Assembly (NCBI GenBank): GCA_964016885.1 | Contig: OZ024741.1 | Location: 163,556,001-163,620,000 of the forward strand | Direction of reading: 5' to 3' | Source: Eledone cirrhosa | Taxonomy: Eukaryota | Length of the DNA stretch: 64,000 bases | Shown here: positions 1 to 13,584 of the stretch, piece after piece | Position numbering within the stretch: the first letter of the stretch is position 1 | How the letters are laid out: the number at the start of each line of letters is the position of its first letter | Translations under genes and position numbers: made by a program | The notes under the pieces: generated by a model | Told to the model about the DNA's origin: nothing | Databases searched by the model: none | Seen by the model: the letters and a program-made list of their open reading frames with translations, nothing else

Positions 1-19
1 CTATGTCTTGCTGTTATAT

Positions 20-178
20 TAGCAGTATCGGGAGGGTTGGATGCCATGCATTACAGCATAGAGTTCAAATCCCACTGACATTAACTTTGCCTTTCATCCT
101 TACGGCGTCGATAAAATAAAGTACCAGTAATACAGTGGAATAATTTCTGGCCTTGTGCCAAAAGTATAAACAATTATT
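20..178 (+). mobile_element. tRNA-derived SINE (family S1), partial
   Basis: B-box GAGTTCAAATCCC plus central GCCTTTCATCCTTACGG.GTCGATAAAATAAAGTACCAG and tail GGCCTTGTGCCAAAAGTA.AAACAATTATT. Confidence 0.85.
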
Positions 179-415
179 TTGTGTTTCGTAGAAAGAATGC
201 AAAACAGAAATGAACGGTTAACAAAATCAACTTTAAATTTAAAGACATGCCAAATAACAGATTATGGGCTTCGGAAAACTTAACACTACAGATCAATACA
301 TCGGCACGTAATTCCTACAGTCATGAAAACAAAATGAAATAATCGGAGTGACGCGTCTTTAGTTTTACATATCTCACAAGAAAGTGTAGCATCAATTTAT
401 ATATAATTTAGGGTA

Positions 416-532
<117 letters not shown>

Positions 533-740
533 TAGAGAGAGAGTGAGAGAGAGACTGAGGGGGGGGGGATACATTGATATAAAAATTCTTTAGATGTTTC
601 TGATGCGAAAACCTAAAAGAGAAATGTCTGCTTGAAGAATCAGAGGTGAAGAGCCGCCAGTTAACTTCTTTCAGAGAATAAAATTGATGCAGTGGCACAC
701 ACACAAACACGTCACACGAACATTCATATATGCACTATAA

Positions 741-789
<49 letters not shown>

Positions 790-901
790 CGCGTGTATAT
801 ATATATGAATATATATAAACATATGTATACATATTTATATATATATATATAATCATCTCTAACGTCACGATATATATTATCACCACATTATTGATAACTT
901 G

Positions 902-964
<63 letters not shown>

Positions 965-967
965 ATA

Positions 968-1021
<54 letters not shown>

Positions 1022-1037
1022 TATATATACACACACA

Positions 1038-1082
<45 letters not shown>

Positions 1083-1387
1083 AGATAGAAGAGTGCTGGA
1101 GACATTATATTAATTGAAATATTCTAGATATATGAAGTAGAATGAAAACATAAATATGAAAAAAAAGACAAGAAATGATTAATGGTAACCAGAGGCTTTA
1201 CATTTTAGAGAATCGTGGTACATGTGCAAAATAGTGAGATCAAAATCCTATAAATCTATAGATGTAGTGTGAATATTTAGTATTATTATTTATGGTTATA
1301 TTTTTCTTTCTTTTGGTCCGTTATCAGTATATAGACCTATGTAAAATAGAGTAAACAGCTATATAATTATTAAGTTAATAAACCAGC

Positions 1388-1738
1388 TTTCTAGCATAGT
1401 TACGCCCCTTTACGCTCTGAGTTCAAATCCCGTCGAGGTTAACTTTGCCTTACATCCTTAGAGGGTCGATAAAATAAAGTACCAGTAATGTACTGCGAAA
1501 TTACTGGCTTTGTGCCAAAAGTAGAAACAATTATTATATCTACAAAACGGTGGATTGGCAGTATTGGTAGACGGTCCGACGCCATGCTTTGACGCATAGA
1601 GTTACGGCCCTTTCCATTCTGAGTTCAAATCTCACCGACGTTAACTTTGCCTTTCATCCTTACGGGGTCGATAAAATAAAGTACCAGTAATGCACTGGGA
1701 TAATTGCTGGCCTTGTGCCAAAAGTAGAAACAATTATT
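1388..1738 (+). mobile_element. Two tandem S1 SINEs
   Basis: Partial copy 1388-1536 and full copy 1548-1738 with A-box TGGCAGTATTGG. Confidence 0.88.
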
Positions 1739-1868
1739 AAATCTACAAAACCGTATGATGCTGTATGGCTAAGGAGTTCTCACCGCAAACATGAGGTTCC
1801 ACACACTGTACGACTGTGAGCAAGTGTCTTCGAGATGATCAATGCCTTATGAGTGAAATATATATATA

Positions 1869-2058
1869 TAATTGTTTCTACTTTTGGCACAAGGCCAGCA
1901 ATTACCCAGTGCATTACTGGTACTTTATTTTATCGACCCCGGAAGGAGGAAAGGCAAAGTTAACCTCGGCGGGATTTGAACTCAGATCATACAGGGAGGT
2001 AACTCTATTCTTCAAAGCATGGCATCCGACCCTCTACCTATACTGCCAATCCACCGCC
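1869..2058 (-). mobile_element. S1 SINE
   Basis: Full-length reverse copy. Confidence 0.9.
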
Positions 2059-2297
2059 TTAATATATATATATATATAATATATATAATATATATAATAA
2101 TCCACCGCCGAAATATATATATATATAATGCCCAAGAAACGCCGTATGTCAATACGTTGCCCCCACGACTCTATCAGGAGTTACAGGACCAAACATACAT
2201 ACCATACGTATATATATAGTAGAGGCAAAAGTATTCAAGGTATAGAGCATCTCAAGTCCGTTGGACGAGTTTGAATATAATTATTAAGTTCAGTTGC

Positions 2298-2448
2298 TGC
2301 CACGGCTCCATGCCAGATACGTACGTTACGTTAGTCTCGATGAGCACCTTGTTCAACGTATGAACCGGTTCATTTTCATCAGCACAGGGTGAATAAGTTA
2401 GTCTTCAGGATTAACGAAACGTACGTATCTTGTATGCGGCCATTGTAG
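2298..2448. mobile_element. MITE-like element with ~40-bp imperfect TIRs
   Basis: CATGCCAGATACGTACGTTACGTTAGTC / GATTAACGAAACGTACGTATCTTGTATG. Confidence 0.6.
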
Positions 2449-2457
2449 TAATAGTTT

Positions 2458-2600
2458 CTGTCTTCCCAATTATATACACAAGGCATGGGTTGATCCAAGG
2501 TTATGGTAAATGACACTTGCTAAAGACATCTTGCTACGGGATTGAAATCACGACCTAATAATTGCAGAGGGAACTACTTAACCATTCCGTTATGCTGCGT
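2458..2600 (-). mobile_element. Diverged CORE-type SINE
   Basis: Reverse complement has TGGTTAAGTAG..GATTTCAATCCCG..GCAAGTGTC..CCTTGGATCAACCCATGCCTTGTG. A related relic lies at 1755-1860. Confidence 0.5.
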
Positions 2601-2767
2601 CCATAACTATAGGTGAAAGATATTTTAATATATTTCTTGAAACAATTTTTTAAATAATGAGAAATACATTCTGTATTTAGAATGGTATTATGTGAGGTTG
2701 AAGTTTCCCTGGTGCATTCCCTTTTATATCATAGGGCTCATTTAGTATATCTTTAATATTAGGTATA

Positions 2768-2872
<105 letters not shown>

Positions 2873-2891
2873 GGGAAGAGAGAGAGAGAAA

Positions 2892-2973
<82 letters not shown>

Positions 2974-4261
2974 GATAGATAAATTCGAATGCACTACATT
3001 TCTCCAGTGGGTTTTCTAGACTTAATGAACAAATACAGTTGATGCATTAATGCATTAAGTTGTTACACATTTTAGATTGGAGGTTATAAAGATAGCTTTT
3101 AAGAAAGCAAATTCAATTAATTTTCTTTTATGTAATGGTTGATATATTCATAAAAGCATATACATATATATATAGTATATACATATATATATAGTATATA
3201 AAAGCATATACATATATATATAAATATATCCATCCATCCTCTCCATGCATACATACATAGTGTTACGTGTGCACAAACTCACACACGTATATATGCTGTT
3301 AAATGTGTGACATGTAATTAAGGTATAGATTCACAGAATTTTTGTCAACTAGAATCTTCTAAATGTTTATGAAGTGTTATGCTATGAAGTTTTAGAATTA
3401 ATTTTGCAATTCATTAAAAAGAAAAAGATAAAAGTAACTCCTGCAAAATCAGAAGAACAAAGATATTATTTATTTTCTCTCTTATATATTTGTTTGATTT
3501 TTCATAATTTCTATTTAATTAAGCGATTGATTTGTTTGAAGTCATACTATGGAATACGAAATATGTTTCCAACATGACTGATATATTTAAACGGTTGATG
3601 TTTTCAGTAGAAATTTTAAATGTGTGTGTAATATATTATATTAGTATACTTATAATAGCTTTTCGTTACTAAATATCTTATATTAAAACAAGAACAGTTT
3701 GCCTACAAAATAACCTAGTAAATAGATATTACATACTCTGTTCTATTTTGCTACGATTTAAATGACACGATCATCATTATCATCATCATATATATATGTA
3801 TGGTGAGGAGGGTGATACTTGGACACCCTGTGGGATGAAATACATGACCCGGCAAAGGGCGGAAGAACTCAACAGAGTCAACGGCCATCCAAATAGTACT
3901 TTTTTTTTCACCTGGGAATGAAAGTTCCCCAGTTGTTGTCACAACACCTTTCTAGGAGAGGGAAACTCTGGAAAAAAACCTGCGGCTTCGGCAGCATCCG
4001 ATGATGTTGACCAGTTCTCCTTTCGGGTAGTGTTTGCGATGCTCAAAGAGTAGGATTGGTCAAGTCCAAGCTCTTTCCCCACTTAAAAAACCTGCAAAGC
4101 ACAGGCATTGCTTGTTCAGGCTCTGTTACAGGTTTGTGTGGTTGGAGGTAGCCTAAAAGTGCACCAAACTCTATAATCTTACAAGCGATTGCAGTACTCA
4201 TAGCAGAGTTTACACCCATCATATATAGATGTAAAGTATATATATATGTATATATATGTAA

Positions 4262-4351
<90 letters not shown>

Positions 4352-4495
4352 GTAAAGATTCAAGACCTCTGGATCTTTTCATATTACTCACTATACTAGA
4401 GTACTCTAGTGGGTTATGGTCCACTTGGTATTTTACCACACCCTTTCTGATATATATATATATATATACCTATATGTTTATGTATATGTGTGTGA

Positions 4496-4595
<100 letters not shown>

Positions 4596-4717
4596 GTATA
4601 TATGTATATATATAAAAAGAGAGAAAGATAGGGGGAGATAGGCTGTGGTGCTGAGACCGAAGAGACCACAAATCATGGGAGTACTCAATGCATTGAAGTA
4701 CTCTCTCTCTCTCTCTC

Positions 4718-4749
<32 letters not shown>

Positions 4750-4861
4750 GATATGTGTGTGTGTGTGTGTGAGTGTGTGTGTGTGTGTTAGGTAATGCCG
4801 AAGGAAAAGCAAAAGAAAAAAGAGTGCTCTATGTATAGAACAGTGCTATTTAATTGTTCAC

Positions 4862-4966
<105 letters not shown>

Positions 4967-4991
4967 GTATTTTGCAATTTCAGAGCTCCAA

Positions 4992-5046
<55 letters not shown>

Positions 5047-5206
5047 TCGGTGAATCCATACGTACATATATATATGTGTGCATGTATGTATATATATATA
5101 CACACTACTGTACGTCTGTATACATATATGTATGTACGTGTACATACTTATATTTAAGTAACAGCCGTACTAAGAGTGGGAAATGAAATTTCATTTCATT
5201 TTTTCC

Positions 5207-5272
<66 letters not shown>

Positions 5273-5790
5273 CATTAATGATGCTATTCTTAAATGTTAT
5301 CTCATTAACTAAGTAACCGACTGTTCCAAACATTTATGTAACAATTAAAGTCAGTAATGACGTAGAATTGTATATTGAACCTACAATATTATGGTTTGTA
5401 TGTTATTCATGGGAGACAATGCACAGATGGTAACCTTTAGCTATAGTAAAGAATATTCTTATCTCTTTTATTACATTACTTTGTATGTGAGCGACCTTAA
5501 TCTAAGCACCGATAATGTGTTTCAAAGTTTTACCTTTCTTCACATATGTTATACGAGATCTAATACATTTACGATTACAAAAAGTTTAACACCTTGTATC
5601 AGCTGTAGGCAGAAATTAGAGAGATTTAAAGATTAGTCCTATTGAAACTGAATTAAATTAATGCCATTGGTCAAAATTATAATCAGGTTAAATATTTTAT
5701 AGTGTTTCATTTTCTCTCCAGTTTCTAGCTTCCTCTTTTACATTCTTTCAGCTTTCTGTTCTCCCTCCTCCACTCTCTATTTTGATTTAG

Positions 5791-5879
5791 GTCTGAATGA
5801 CGCTGACGCTAATTTGGACATTCATTTAACCAAAGACGATGTACTTAGTGTTAATAAAATGTTTGATCCGTTCAACTGA
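5791..5879 (+). CDS. Candidate terminal coding exon of an unidentified host gene (GLNDADANLDIHLTKDDVLSVNKMFDPFN*)
   Basis: Long polypyrimidine tract 5708-5790 ending TTTAG; a single open phase to TGA in non-repetitive sequence. No homolog recognised. Confidence 0.35.
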
Positions 5880-6853
5880 GCTGAGCGAACGCGTAATGTC
5901 ACCTTCGTTTGCTTGATATTGATGAAGACGACTGAAACATCTATTTCATAATAGATAATACGTTGCATGATTTTCAAGAATCTATCAAAGAATCATTCCA
6001 TCCCTAAAGAAGTGATACGGATTCTGATGACTCTATCCATAAATCTATTCTTAAGCCTAATCATAGAACTTAAAATTAATGTTTGTAGGGCTAAGTACAA
6101 AGTTGTCCGGCACCAGGAAAGAAGAACCGGTTTATAGACTTGCTAGAAGTGGTAGCTAAAAAAGAATTATGTATGGCTATTAAGAGTAATCCAGTTATTT
6201 CTATTGAGTGTGTATTAGTTTCTCAATGTTAAGGCAAATATAATTCAGCATACTTTATAAAGATGAAGATTTTAAGAATATTAGAAGTATTTATGTTGTT
6301 GCTTATGGTTCAATGCGGTGACTTGGCGGAATCGTTAGAAAGAGGTATAACATTTCCAATGAAAATAAACTTCAGCCAATCATATTCTGAGTAAAAATCT
6401 TGTTGAGGTCAATTTTGTGCTACTTGCTTATGTTGTTGAGAGAATAATGTACTAGTAAAGTACTTTAAACCATTTAAATGACTGTCATTTGTGTCTCCCA
6501 TGCTTCTTGAAGAAAGAGGCAACGAGTGATAGTACGAACAGATTTTCTCTGTGCTGTTCATAGTATAAATACCAATGGCCATATTATTCCTGACCTTAAT
6601 AATTATAAGGCTTGAAAATAGAGAATTATGAAACAATGCAAAATTGGAGTGATATGTAGGGCGTCCTCAAGTATATCATACACAATTTGACAGATGATAG
6701 AGATGGTTCAATGACAAATGTCCAGATTCGTAAACGTTAAGAAAGAAAAATCAACAGCTCATCAAGGCCTATTCACTTTTCAGACAATATATATATATAT
6801 ATATGACAGAATACACACGCCCACTATCTCACTACCATACGTTTGTGTGTGTG

Positions 6854-6906
<53 letters not shown>

Positions 6907-7345
6907 TATTATACAACAGCTTAATATACATTATGTCAACACCATAACATACTAACCATCGAAACAGACACATATATACACACACACATAACACCTTCTA
7001 CTTTAGAAAATAAAAACCAGAACTAAATAAACCTCAACATACGTTAATACTCTAACACCTTAACATGCTACCCCCCTCGCCCCCCCCCCCCCCCACACAT
7101 ACATAACCCCCTCCCCCATTTCTACTAACGGAATCATTTTCCTACACACACACACAATATATATATATATTCTCTCCATCTTAACATGCTAACCATACTC
7201 CCACACACACACACATAACATACACATAAAATGTTTATATTCTCTCCATCTTAACATGCTAACCATGCTCCCACACACACATACACACACATAACACCCA
7301 TACACACAACTCCCTCCCCATTTCTACTAATGGAATCATCTTCCT

Positions 7346-7380
<35 letters not shown>

Positions 7381-7394
7381 CATACACACACACA

Positions 7395-7444
<50 letters not shown>

Positions 7445-8176
7445 CACAAGCACACAAATACATATACATATCTCTACTTTCTTTATTTCAATAGAAAGTC
7501 TGAATTCTGACACCCCAGCGAACCAGCCATATTCACTGAACCAGAACAATTCTCCCCATCCCATTTCTCTTGACCATTATCTTTTGTTTGGCACAAAATT
7601 CTCTAAAAGGCTACAAAATAAATTCCCAAATACGGGCGCGGAATTTAATGCACTTGTTCACGTGACAGTCATAATTTCATTTATAACCAATCAAATTACA
7701 TTTATGAAAAAAAAAGCCTTTGTGAGCCACTTGTTTAAAGTGAAAAGAAACTCAAACACAAACTGGCGCGAAAGCTGATGTGCTTATTCACGTGACTGCA
7801 TCAACTAACCAAACTTCACTCATATATGAAAAAACAAGCTGACCCCCCCCCCCCCCCCCCACACCTTGTTTTAAGAACTTTGTAACGGGAACTGGCGCGG
7901 AATTTATTATACTTATTCACCAAACAACGAACCAAATTACTTCTCTAAAAACTGTCATTTCGAGCCACCTTTTGCCATATAAAACAGAAGTAACATTCAA
8001 AGACCATCCAGATGTGAGAAAATCCACAGACACTCCATCTCAATTCTACTTTTGAAAAGCAGAAGAACTGCGAAACCGGTAAAGAAACCAAATAAATATA
8101 TATTAAAAAAAAAAAAGACTCCAGTTGCACTTTCGATTTCATCTGTTTTCCCTATATATATACATATACATATATA

Positions 8177-8521
8177 TAGTGACGAAACATAAGTCAATTG
8201 TATGAACTCATAATCCTTTATTTACCGCTATATATATTTCGATGACAGCCATTGTATGGCTATGACCTCACCAGGCAGTTAGTAAATTCTTAGATATGCC
8301 AGCTCTGGATTTTTGGTGTCGGTGGTTTTAGAGCCTTGGGATATTATGTCCCAAGTCCCAAGGCTCTAAAACCATCAACACCAAAAACCCAGAGCTGGCA
8401 TATCTAAGAATTTACTAACTGCCTGGTAAGGTCATAGCCATACAATGGCTATCATCGAAATATATATAGCGGTAAATAAAGGATTATGAGTTCATACAAT
8501 TGACTTATGTTTCGTCACTAT
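8177..8521. repeat. Long hairpin (~165-bp arms, ~14-nt spacer)
   Basis: 8177-8342 is the reverse complement of 8355-8521 with few mismatches. Confidence 0.92.
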
Positions 8522-8630
8522 TATAACTCCGAAATCTATATCTTCGTTGAGTGCTCTCTATCCGCATACTGAAGTACTGGATTTTACCAACACTTTTGTT
8601 GCGTACACACACACACACACACACACACAT

Positions 8631-8661
<31 letters not shown>

Positions 8662-8666
<5 letters not shown>

Positions 8667-9220
8667 GATAAACACAAAACGTGTTTGCATTGCAACAGAC
8701 TAATCCCGCATAAACGGCTGTTATTTCTAGCACCGGGAATGCGGGACGGCTAGTTTGGCCTGGCTACACACGTGTAGTCAGACCTGCAAAATTTTTGATG
8801 TGAGATGTACTAATTTTACTGGATTCCTGTTGATAAGCACAGAAGATTTGGATATTTCACTTTTTATTTCAATTCCATTTCGATTCTCTTTATTTTTCAA
8901 TTCACGTACCACCGTTGCGAAACGGATTTAGGTTTCGAGGTTCAAATTCGTCTACGGAACAGGTTTGGATTTTGAAATTTAAATCTGTCCAGGAATCATG
9001 GCCGTTGCCAATATAAGCTTGTCTTTATTGATTTATCGAGACAGACAAATTGTATTCACTTTAATTAGTTTATTTCATTAATAGCTAACTTTGTCTGTTG
9101 CAATGCAAACACGTTTTGTGTTTATCATATATTTTAATGTATTTAACTGCTCGGAAATGCCCCTTTTCTTGGAGCTTGATTATTGTAAACGACTGAGAGT
9201 TAATTCTCAAAATATAATAT
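8662..9220 (+). mobile_element. Family A element with short inverted 3' piece upstream
   Basis: Head CGGCTGTTATTTCTAGCA at 8715. Shares blocks with 18103-18520 (e.g. GAACAGGTTTG..TTTGAAATTTAAAT). 8662-8700 is inverted at 9092-9130. Confidence 0.72.
8826..8932 (+). ncRNA. Hammerhead-like motif, U3-A8 core, long stem II insert, degenerate stem III (family A)
   Basis: CCUG-UUGAUAA-GCA...UGC-GAAACGGAUU-UAGG, at the position homologous to the HHRs at 18217 and 30895. Confidence 0.55.
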
Positions 9221-9221
9221 A

Positions 9222-9325
<104 letters not shown>

Positions 9326-9356
9326 AACTGGTTACACAACAGTTAGTTCACCTTAC

Positions 9357-9394
9357 CGAGAACAGTTGTTTCACCTTAGTGGATCCTCAGCTCG
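9357..9394 (-). ncRNA. Hammerhead ribozyme copy in the inverted 5' pLTR of PLE1
   Basis: Reverse complement reads CGAG-CUGAGGA-UCCACUAAGGU-GAAACAACUGUU-CUCG. Confidence 0.8.
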
Positions 9395-9562
9395 TAATGG
9401 ACATGGTTATACGGAACAGGGAGGACAACCGTACGAACGCGCATGCGCAGAAACGGTCGCTTCATTCAGGCAATACTAAGAGAGGTGTAAGGGAGATAAC
9501 TGCGAAAGTCCGAAAGTTTCTAGTTGAAAAGAAACTTAGCATGTTGTAATACAATCCGTGTT

Positions 9563-10640
9563 GGATTCCCGGACTTCCACACGGGAATATACCGCGACGA
9601 TGGACTGACCTTATCGAGCCATAAAAGTGGTCACAACCTCGACCGGTTTAAAAAAATACTTAGCTACTACCGTCAATGAGTTAGGACTTAGGTTAATAGT
9701 AGCTACCAACCTCTCTAGCGTAGATTTCTTAGACATTAATTTAGACCTTCGCACACACATCTACAGACCCTTCCATAAGTTTAACGAAAAACTCAATTAC
9801 ATTCACAAGGACTCATGCCACCTTCCCACTGTTTTTCGAAACTTCGTAAATAATATCAGTACTAGAACCTCAAACCTCTCCTCTAATAAGGCTATCTTTG
9901 ACAGAGCGGCACCCTACTACAACACGGCGTTAGCTAACAGCGGCTTCTCGAAACCAATCACTTACTCTCCCACTAACAATAACAGCAATAAGAAAACAAA
10001 GCCCAACAATAGATAAATTATTTGGTTCTCTCCTCCATTCTCACTCAACGTTAAAATCAATGTAGGCAAACAATTTCTAGGTCTCCTAGATAGACACTTT
10101 CCCATAGGTCATAAATACCGCTCCATCTTTAACTGACACAAAGTAAAACTAAGATACGCCTGCGCTAAGAACATGAAGGTCCACATCGCCACCAGGGTGC
10201 TCTTACGTAAGCCCGAAGCTTGTCCCCTTCAACAGCAATGTAAAACACCCGCTGTAGTTTATGGAGCTGTGGTCACTTCTAACCGACCAAATCAACCACA
10301 GGAGGTCAAATCCTATGTGGGTATGGCGGAGGGCCGACTTAAGGAACGCTTCCTGAACCACCAGTCGACCTTTAGGTACCCGGACAGACGTTCATCCACG
10401 AAACTCGGGAGCCACATATGGTCCCTCAAGGACTCAAGTGTAGACTACTCCATTCAATGGAAAGCCATCACTACACCAAGCCATACGCAAGGAGCAATCT
10501 GTCGTGTGGACTATGTAATGATGAACGAATAAATATTCTAAAGAGATTACGCAATAGCGATTGCCTAAACTCAAGAATGAATTCTTCCCACGTTGTCCAC
10601 ACGTCTGGAAACAACTCTTACATAACTACAAAGCTCCGGA
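9563..10640 (+). pseudogene. Disrupted PLE polyprotein: RT C-terminal half plus GIY-YIG endonuclease
   Basis: ORF-track pieces 9627-10016, 10173-10532 and 10418-10678 joined across stops and frameshifts. Confidence 0.9.
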
Positions 10641-10812
10641 TTGAATTACAACAACATCCTAATTTTCTTATCAACTAGAAACTTTCGGACTTTCGCAGTT
10701 ATCTAAATTACACCTCTCGCACGCAATTTAGTATTGCCTGAGTGAAGTGACCGTTTCTGCGCATGCGCGTTCGTACGGTTGTCCTTCCTGTTCCGTATAA
10801 CCATGTCCATTA

Positions 10813-10850
10813 CGAGCTGAGGATCCGCTAAGGTGAAACAATTGTTCTCG
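10813..10850 (+). ncRNA. Minimal type I hammerhead ribozyme in PLE1 3' pLTR
   Basis: CGAG-CUGAGGA-UCCGCUAAGGU-GAAACAAUUGUU-CUCG: stem I CGAG/CUCG, palindromic stem III ACAAUUGU, GUU site. Confidence 0.85.
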
Positions 10851-10948
10851 GTATGGTGAACTAACTGTTGTGTAACCACTTCTTACTAACTCGTCCCATG
10901 GACTCAGTGGTCTACCACTACGGATATTACCTTCCTGTGTTCTACCAC

Positions 10949-11047
<99 letters not shown>

Positions 11048-11164
11048 GTGTGTGTGTGTGTATACATATATATATAGTAATAATAATAAATTTGAAGACT
11101 AAAATCCAAAGAGGGCTCGATAAGGATAAAAATATATCAAATGTATAAGAACCGTAGAGCAAAT

Positions 11165-12268
11165 ATTTATTAAAATAACAGATTAAAGTTTAAGCAAACA
11201 ATCGCTGCTTTCACCCTTAACTGGATCTTCTGAAACTAAAACAGTCAATCTGTGAACGCAGAAGTAAATATTTCAAAAACTGTTGCAACCGAAGGAAGAT
11301 AGGAAGACGATACTTTGGTTCGTGGAAACGTTCCCTGGCAAAGAACGGAAAAAAACGAAGTTAATACGTCATTATTTGGTGCAGTGAAAACAATTACACG
11401 CGAAGACAAAACCACGTTTATGGTATAAATGAAGTCGTAGACTAATATTCTATTTGCGTCTGTGTGAGTATGCCGGTTCGTACGTATGTAGGGTGTGTGA
11501 CTATCCGTTTATATACGTTTATTTAATTATGTATACACACACACACACACACATGTATATATATATATATATGTTTTTTTTTTGTTTATGTGTATTTGGT
11601 GTATACGTTCGCATGAAGGCGGTACAGGCGTTGCGTGGGTTCTGTATGTGCGTGTGTGTGAGTGTTTTTTTTTATTTGTTGTGTACGTGATTGTATTTTC
11701 ATACCCATGGGGAGTGGTTTCGCGTATGCTTGTGTATGTACGTATATGGATGTGTGTATGTATATATTTAATTTCAATTACCTCTGTATTTTATTTGCTC
11801 TATTCTTAACTCTGAAACCGAGAATCATTCGGTTTCCTAAATAGAATTTTAGTCTACGACTTCAGTTATACCATTTACGTGGTTTTGTCTTTGCGTGTAA
11901 TTGTTCTCATTGTCCCACATAATGACGTATTATCTTCGTTTTTTCCGTTCATTGCCAGAGAACGTCTCCATGAACCACCTAATAGAATATTAGTCTACGA
12001 CTTCCTTTATACCATAAACGTGGTTTTGGCTACGCATGTAATTGTTTTCACTGCACCAAATAATGACGTATTATCTTCGTTTTTCCGTTCTCTGCCAGGG
12101 AACGTTTCTACGAACCAAAGTATCGTCTTCCTGTCTTCCTTCGGTTGCAACAGTTTTTGAAATATTTACTTCTGCGTTCATAGATTGACTTATTTAGTTT
12201 CAGAAGATCCCGTTAAGGGTGAAAGCAGCGATTGTTTGCTTAAACTTTAATCTGTTATTTTAATAAAA
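11165..12268. repeat. Fold-back of a Helitron-like repeat family (~290-bp inverted arms)
   Basis: 11168-11453 is inverted at 11981-12265, with a tandem duplicate at 11840-11980. The same 3' part occurs at 15895-16058 and 58255-58420. Confidence 0.8.
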
Positions 12269-12423
<155 letters not shown>

Positions 12424-12467
12424 GTACGTTATTCCGGGTTGAATCGGAGGTAACCACAGTAAGTAAA

Positions 12468-12527
<60 letters not shown>

Positions 12528-12544
12528 ATATACATATATATATA

Positions 12545-12616
<72 letters not shown>

Positions 12617-12621
12617 TATAC

Positions 12622-12678
<57 letters not shown>

Positions 12679-12737
12679 TATATATAATATAGAGTGCTCA
12701 ACCGGCATACCGCCTATGGAAGCATCTTAGTTACCAG

Positions 12738-12803
<66 letters not shown>

Positions 12804-12819
12804 ATTATCCAAGATGTAG

Positions 12820-13536
12820 TAATGGTTAAATGCAACCACAAACTAAAAGCTAAATTCTCTCACTATAAAATAACTTAACATTCGAACCCGTAACTATAAC
12901 ACCGTTTTCTAGCTAACAACCTTCTCTTCCCCCCACACTACAAGACAATACACTGCTTATCACTATACATGGTAACTCAGTGCAATTCCTAGATTACTAC
13001 TACAAACCCAAAGTTCACTCACCACACAAACTTTGTCTGTCCCCTCTCTACCTATCTCTCTCTACATCCATTACACTCTCTCTCTCTCGCCTTTGGCCTA
13101 CCTTCCTCTCAACATCTATGAACCTGCCCTCTGGGGCAATAAATAATTCCGACCTTAACTGTCAACGCAAACGCATCTCTCCAAAAGTAACCAGTATAAT
13201 AAAACCCCTACCATAACATTTTGATTAAGATATCTACAAGCCACTCTCTCCTACTTCTCCAACCCCTGCATATCTTTCTTTCTCTCTCCCTCTTCCCTAC
13301 TTTTCTCTCTTCCTTTTCTACTCTATCTTTCCCAACAACCCCACTTAAGGGTATTTACATTGTACATTTTACCATTCTGCTCTGAGGAAACAGTGGTCAC
13401 AGCATTGGATATTTAAGTTCTGCAAGTACTTGTGAATTTGCACGTAGCATAACTAGGCTGCAGTACCACCGTGGAAACACTTGTAAGCACACGGAATAAA
13501 TTACCTTTTTATGATGTCTACCTGTTATTATTCATT

Positions 13537-13540
<4 letters not shown>
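12820..13540 (+). mobile_element. PLE-type 3' UTR/pLTR fragment embedded in (TA)n
   Basis: C/T-rich tract, then an HHR, then AATAAA (13495-13500), then (TA)n. The 3' ~135 nt recur inverted at 47499-47635. Confidence 0.7.
13378..13489 (+). ncRNA. Type I hammerhead ribozyme with ~85-nt stem II domain
   Basis: UGCU-CUGAGGA-AACAGUGGU...ACCACCGUG-GAAACACUUGUA-AGCA: stem I UGCU/AGCA, GUA site. Confidence 0.75.

Positions 13541-13584
<44 letters not shown>

Noticed and set aside
10134-10136. In-frame TGA in PLE1 as possible selenocysteine (as in Naiad PLEs)
   Set aside because: It falls at a position expected to be Arg (IFN*HKVK; CGA>TGA CpG decay) in a copy with other disablements, and the endonuclease is C-terminal.
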